Assembly: GCA_950097015.1 (NCBI GenBank)
Contig: CATNEN010000007.1
Location: 12,586,001-12,650,000 of the forward strand
Length of the DNA: 64,000 nt
Direction: 5' to 3'
Source of the DNA: Macrostomum hystrix
Lineage: Eukaryota > Animalia > Platyhelminthes
Made by a program: the position numbers and the translations under genes. Under the pieces are notes generated by a model. That model worked only from the letters and a program-made list of their open reading frames with translations. It had not been told where the DNA came from and ran no database searches. Of the stretch, positions 58,032 through 64,000 are shown in pieces (the stretch's first letter is position 1; each line of letters opens with the position of its first letter).

Positions 58032-58342
58032 TCAAAGCTGCGTGCTCTCCTCGATCACATGCAGGCTGCTCTCGCTGCGGTTGTTGTTCAAATTCCCGAC
58101 CGCTGGCCGCTTCACCTCGCGCGGAGTGGCGGACAGCGCAGCGGCGGAGGCGGAAGCGCCGGCGACCTCGGTTGAGTCCTCCTCGAAGTCAATGAGCGCC
58201 TTCTCCTTCTTACTCTGCTGAATGGCCCGCTTGATGTGGGCCACCCAGTGGTCGCAAGAGTGCCCGGAGCCGGGGCTGACGCGGTACTTGTAGCTGCAGA
58301 ACTTGCCCTCGGAGGAGTTCAGCCGGAAGCTGCTGACGCGAT
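58032..58342 (-). CDS. RALGPS: RalGPS-like Ras-GEF, last exon (end of PH domain and tail)
   Basis: Phase-1 acceptor at 58343. SYKYRV...HWVAHIKRAIQQSKKEKALIDFEE resembles the RalGPS PH C-helix and the terminal LMTFE-type motif. Confidence 0.72.
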
Positions 58343-59209
58343 CTGCGGACCAGGGGAAACCAGCGGAGGGCTAGAGAATTAGGGATCAGGGATCAGGGAT
58401 TGGAAAGCGTGATTTCAATTTAATCAAGTTCGAAAGTACGAATCGAGCCCAAGTAAACAGCGCACTGTAAGTCTGGGGTGGCTGGCGCTCCGCTTTTCAG
58501 AAAATTGATGGGCGCAGTTTCTAAGAAACTGCATCAGATGCAGGCGGCCGTTTAAAGGCGCGTCAAACACTCGCCCAGAATAGCAATGACTGCGCGGTTG
58601 AATTTGGCTGCATTTCAATGCAAGGGGCGTTAAAAATTCAGCATTAGTTTATCACAAACTGACGCCTGCAGCTGGGCAAGCTGAATTTAATCTAATAAAG
58701 CTAATAGCCTTTAATAATGCAGTTTAAGCTGCCTTGAATTGCAGCTTTGGCAGCAGAGTCTCGGCAGATAATTAATCGCCCCTGAATTGGACAGTGGGCT
58801 GAGTTACATAACACCGCAGGCCACCTGACCAGCGGCTTATCACCGCTATCTCCGAGCTGTCATTTCCGCGACTCGTGCTAAAATATGGCGTAGTGCCGAG
58901 CCTCAGAGAGCGGGGTTAGAGAGGCTTAACAGGCCGAATGCAGTAGCGGTGAGTCACTACTTATTGAGCAGGCTTCCGCTCGGTGAAAATGCAACTTTAC
59001 ATGTCCTGAGCAGCCGTGACCTTCGCCCTTTAAGCACTCATAACTAGCCATTGGCATTAGCTTCCGCTGCACAAAATGAACTGCCACATTTCAATGACCA
59101 TAAAGCTAATCGGAAACGGATTTGCTCCTCATTTGCTGCTAAAAATAAAAATCTCTGCTGGGATCCATTAGCTAATGATCTAAGACTGAACGAAGGCTGA
59201 GCTGCTCAC

Positions 59210-59698
59210 CGGACAGGTCAAAGTTGATCTGGAAGGTGTGCTTCGGGTCACTGCACTGGCTGGTGTTCTCAAACACCACTACAGAGGCGTCGCTGAGGTC
59301 CTGCTGCTTCTTGCACTGCCGCTTGAAGTCCTCGCGCCTGTCGCTGGCGAACGGCTTGCCGGTGGCGTACAGGCGGATCAGCGGGTGGCTGCCGTTTTCC
59401 GTCACGACCAGCTCGGCCCAGAAGCGGACGTAGCTGGCGCGGGTCTGCTTTCGGCCGCTCTTGTACACCGCTTTGCGCTGCAGCACGCCCTGGCAGACGA
59501 CCGGCGCCAGGCTCAGCGCCTCCTCCAGCCGCCGATTCGGCCGGGCGGCGGAGGCCGACGAGGCGCTCCGGACGGCCAGGCTGGACATAAGCGGAGTGGA
59601 CGACACATTGGGCGACTGGCTGACGCTCAGTTGGCCCAGCGACCGGTCACCGGGGCCACCGTAGCCGCAGGCCGTCGGGGCGACCGGCGTGGCAGAGC
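59210..59698 (-). CDS. RALGPS: RalGPS-like Ras-GEF, exon carrying the N-terminal part of the PH domain
   Basis: CQGVLQRKAVYKSGRKQTRASYVRFWAEL...RREDFK resembles the RalGPS PH pattern (QGVLRRK..LKEG.K...SW..YWA). GT-AG phase-1 boundaries. Confidence 0.75.
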
Positions 59699-60383
59699 CT
59701 GAGGGGAAGATCGGTGAGGCGCACAGTTAAGGTTGACGGAAGTTCATTTGGAGTCCACATTTGGAATGCACTGCGAATCGAATCCCGATTGCCAAGCAGT
59801 CCAGCATAGCAACCGGATGTAGCGAAAAAGCTAGACTAAATCCTTTTTTTTCAGAAAAACAGCTACAGACGATTGAATAATTTTCACATAGACGAATAGG
59901 GAAAATACGGGAAACTGTTGACAGTTGATGAAGTCTCGGATCGGGAAAGAGTAAGGAAAACCGGGCATCCCCAACCTCCCCAATGCCTCACGATGCAGGC
60001 CAAGAGTTCTGGCCTCTGTGGTAATGAAAAACGCTTTAGCGGAGGTCAAATTCCAAGCACGAATTCCAAGCCCGCGGCTCATTCCTTCCCGCCCGCCTGC
60101 GCACAGAAGAGGCCGCGACAGCTGCTGCCGCGAATGACGCCACCTCCCCTTCCGCGCCCAATTCGAATGCCCAGCTAACTCTGCCTGCGGCCCGAGATTG
60201 GAAAAAGAAATCCCGACGGAAACCGCACAGAAAATGTGAAACTCAGCGGCTGAGGGAAGCGGGGCAGGGAAGGCCCCCCGGGGGCAGGCATTTCTAGAAA
60301 AGCGGCTGGAAGATGATGAGACAGCGGACTGGGTGGGGCGGATGCAATCAGGAGAATGAGAGCAGGCGGGCTTATCAGATGCA

Positions 60384-60384
60384 G

Positions 60385-60417
<33 letters not shown>
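60384..60417. repeat. (CAG/CTG)n microsatellite, ~11 units
   Basis: Direct reading. Confidence 0.9.
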
Positions 60418-60421
<4 letters not shown>

Positions 60422-60428
60422 TACTCAC

Positions 60429-60632
60429 AGCATCCGCTGACGCTGGCAAACGCAGCCGGCGAGTCGTCAATGAGATTCCTGTGAATCTCCACCGAGTTGG
60501 GCCCGATGGTGAGGTGTCGCTGCACCCCGGCTGGCTGGACCGGCGTGGCCGAGCAGCCGACGACGGACCTGCGGGAGTAGGCGGGGGTGCGGGCGAAGGC
60601 GGTGATGGTGGGCTGAGCAATGCCACTTCGGT
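60429..60632 (-). CDS. RalGPS-like Ras-GEF, linker exon
   Basis: Acceptor CTCCAG at 60633, donor GTGAGT at 60428, phase 1/1. Encodes HRNLIDDS, like the RalGPS LLDDS motif. Confidence 0.6.
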
Positions 60633-63511
60633 CTGGAGCGAATAATGATGGATTGCTAGCCTAGCATGCCTTGTATAAGCCCTGTAGAAGCAGCAGTGCA
60701 GGCCAGTTTGTGGGCCCAATGTACCAAATTGACAATATTGAGCAAATTAAACAGGTGCAGAAGCTGTTCACTAATACTAATATTGCGATTAACAGCAGCT
60801 CATAAACAGAGTCGCAAAATAGTGAAGTGCGAGCCGGCCTGTGCTGGCAACAGACTGGCCAACACATGCGCAAATACTACTGACAGCAGAGGCAGGAAAG
60901 CAGCCATTAGCAAACTGACATCCCAAAAAGTAGGGATCTGGGATTTAGATAGAAAATCGATTCGCTCAGACACTGAGTGCACTATTGGGCAAGCCGATCT
61001 TATTGATAGGGAAAGCAAAACAAAGAGCTGCCAGTCAGCATCAATCCGAGTTACCGAGTCTGGTGCCGCTTTCTAAAATGAAAGATTGGCGGCTTTGCAC
61101 TTTCGCTCCGTCTGGTCTCCTCCGCTGCCCTTCTGGCTAGGCAGGCAGGTGCCAGCGGAGCCATCCCGATCAACTAGCGAATCCCCGCGGAGGGCCTCGA
61201 AATGGAATGCGGAACGCAAGGCAGTCGAATGCGGGCCAGGCCTGCCGCTAGGCTGGGCTCGCACAAGTACGGGGATCGGAATCCCAAAGGTGCAGCAAAG
61301 CCTTGGGCGAACAGGGAAGAAAAAGAAAATGGGGATGCAGTCACCCCATAAGGCACCCGTGGCAAGGTAAATATCGACCATAATTGCTGCGGCAGTGGCA
61401 GAAAATCTCAGCACTCGACTCGGAGTGAAGCAGGCAGAACTGCGGGGACAGTTGAAGGCAGCGGAACAATGCTGCAATCCCAACTGGACTATGGGAGCCA
61501 GAGCACAGTTGGGCAAGGGCTTAAAGAACAGAAAAGCTTTCTTGGCCCGGTGCCTGGGAGCTCCGGCACTTCAGCCTGTCTTGCTTCAGCTGGTTACACA
61601 TTCCTAGGGCCTGGACACTCCGCTGCAGTCCCTTTAAGCAGGGATCGATTAATCCCCTACACACTTGGCCTGGCCTGTTCCCGCATTACTCACTCGCCTC
61701 CGCCGCGGTGTCTGGGAAGGCCCGCTTCACCGGCACTGTGAGACTATGAGCGCGGCCAGCAAACACTCAGGAATAGTGCAAATGCTGGCTCGGGCGAGTG
61801 AGGGCACCGGGCGAACGGCAGGAGCTGGGAGGAGCGAATGGAGTAGACAGGGGCGGGCCAGTCGAGATTGAGAGCGAAGGGAGGCCAGGCGCACCAGCAG
61901 GCAAAGTGAGTTAGTGCCAGCCGGGGAACGCTGCTTCTTGGGGGAGATCCGGACCCACTTCACTTCCCAACCAATTATTTTTAAACCCTCCCACCAGGCC
62001 GCAGCAGAGTAAATAGCGAGCCGCCAAGGGGCCCCTAACCGGAGAAGGCAGAATTTTGAAATGCAGGCGGGGAGTTTACTGACTGCACGACTGCTATTAG
62101 ACATTGTGACCGGGCAGGACCCCCCGAAGATATATGGGGGAGGGTTAGGCAAACAGCAATGGAATTAGTGAGTTTAACAATTTGTCGCCTTTGTCTCATT
62201 GCCTGCTGAGCTGCCCATGCAGCACAGAGTGGAGGCACAAATCTGCAACACACTTGAAGAGGTCGCGCCCACCCCAGCAAAAGCAGCGAAATTAAGATTA
62301 GCCCGAAAGACAGGGCGGCCACAGATCAGAGAGAAGGGGGCGAGAGGACGTCTGCAGCTTCCCACGGGCTCTCCAGCTGTGCCCAGCCAGCCATAAGCAG
62401 GGCAGCCTTCTTTGGTAATTTCGATACCGCGAGACTGCTGGCCCGGTGCCAGAACACGCGCATTGGCGGCTGATCCACAAGCTGTTCCTGCGAGCCCACA
62501 GAGGCTGGACCAAGCAGAATATTAAGAATAAAAATACTTATTGCCAGGAAGAACAGCCCCGGTGAGTACTGGGAGAACGCACTTAATAGCAGACAGGCCC
62601 AAATAACAGAGAATATCGCGTAGCTCGCGTGACACACTGGCCAGCCCCCCTGTCCCCTGCCCGCTCTCAAATTTCCAAACCCACCCGGCCAGCCGCCCCG
62701 GAAAAGCTTCTGTTTTGACGGACGGCCCTGCACTGAAGCAGCAGGCGGAGAGGGGGGACAGGGGGAGTGGCAGGGACAGAGGGGCAGATACGGGCCTGGT
62801 CTGTCTGGCCTTTCTTCCCCAGCACTCCCCCTTGCGCAGCTCCCACACCGCAGCCACCGCTATGCCAGTGCAGCAGCTGCACTGGTGCCCTTTTAAACTA
62901 GACGTGCCCGCCACCCCAGCAGTCAGGCTAAAATTCAGCAGCGGCAGAGCGGGCCGGGAGCAGATAAGGGACGGAGAGGCGGGGACGGGAAAAGCCAGGG
63001 CGGAGGGTGGAGGGCAGCAGATCACGCAGAGGCCGCGTGTGCTGGGGGCCGGTCCTGTACCCGCCCCGAAGCGCGGAACAGCCCAGTGACGCAATGGACT
63101 GAGGGGCTCTTATCAGTCCTCGAAGGCCGCTGCAACTGACAGCAGGCACTTTCGCTAGCTGCCATCGCCAGTAGCAAATCTGTACAGCAGAGCAATATTT
63201 CCTGTTAGCTTACCAAACTGCAAATTAAACAATAAAAATAATAGCTAGTGCCAGTGAAGCAAGTCTGTGAAAATAAAGTGCAAAGTGGCAGCAAAATAAT
63301 CGCATAGCCCGTTAAAAGTAAAACACAAACAAACAAACGAAAGTGAGCAACTGCGCGAACAGCCGGGGGCTAAACACTGAGAGGAAGGCCAGCTAAGCTA
63401 AGAGGAGGCAGCTGGTTAAACAGAGAAGGACAGGTGACAACAGCGATAACAGACAGGACACACCGACATCTGCTGAGTAAAACAGCAGCAGCAGCAGCAG
63501 CTTCAACTTAC

Positions 63512-63547
63512 TCGGCCTCATCGGACTGTCGCACCTGCTGTCCGCCG
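63512..63547 (-). CDS. Candidate 36-nt micro-exon of the RalGPS-like gene (the GEF domain would lie beyond the window)
   Basis: Pyrimidine-rich TAG acceptor at 63548, strong GTAAGT donor at 63511, phase 1/1 and open (ADSRCDSPMRP). No homology support. Confidence 0.35.
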
Positions 63548-64000
63548 CTAGAACCAAGGAGGCAAAAGTATTGCATGAACTTCGGTAAGCCAGAAACCCA
63601 GGGACACAGCCAGACTACAGTGTATGCACTTTAAGGAACTCGGACATTTGTCACTCGCCCGAATGCTAAGTGGTCGGGCGCAGAAATTGCCAATTAAAAG
63701 CTGTCGCAGGCCATACATATTCATAGTAATAGTAATAATTCAAGTCTGACAGGCCGGACGGGCTGGGGCGCTGAGGCAATAAATCTGTGCTCAGGGGAGC
63801 GGAGAGATGAGACCAGCTAGGGGAGAGGGCTTGGGGGGGAAGCCAATAAATAATGATGCAGACAGGAAGCTGGGAGACACGGGCACGACTGTGGCAGGGC
63901 GGGGTCTGAGGCAGACATTCTAGCGGATGAATGAGCAACGCAGCTGTGAGTAGGCTTCTGTTTAAAAGCTGGCAATGTCTGGAGCATTGTGGACACACGA

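Noticed and set aside
60666-63998. Numerous 60-190-aa ORFs at the window end
   Set aside because: No recognisable domains and they overlap on both strands. The region is best explained as RalGPS intron.

Overview
Eukaryotic (animal) genomic DNA with GC-rich exons, short GT-AG introns and about 12 kb of unrelated minisatellite arrays. This style suggests a free-living flatworm such as Macrostomum, but that is inference. Eight protein-coding genes form two convergent same-strand trains. Plus strand: an SLC7/LAT-type amino-acid transporter, a 2466-aa hnRNP-U-like SPRY + P-loop protein with a 52-aa tandem repeat, ER alpha-1,2-mannosidase (MAN1B1-like, 4 exons) and a TALPID3/KIAA0586 homolog. Minus strand: the 3' part of a RalGPS-like gene, a fidgetin-like-1 AAA ATPase, an ankyrin-repeat / cGAS-Mab21-like nucleotidyltransferase fusion (3 exons, ~1201 aa, split into three ORFs in the track) and a 4-exon cyclic-nucleotide-gated (CNG) channel with a non-canonical pore. 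The 10-kb first intron of the channel carries a non-autonomous Helitron with a nested MITE. tRNA-derived SINEs, a DNA-transposon end and a sharply CpG-depleted block are also present. The most interesting signals are the ANK-cGLR fusion with an intact catalytic triad directly upstream of the CNG channel, an operon-like layout with splice acceptors in front of most genes (two of them lack their own ATG), and the unusual hnRNP-U-like protein. All calls come from reading motifs by eye; no database search was run.
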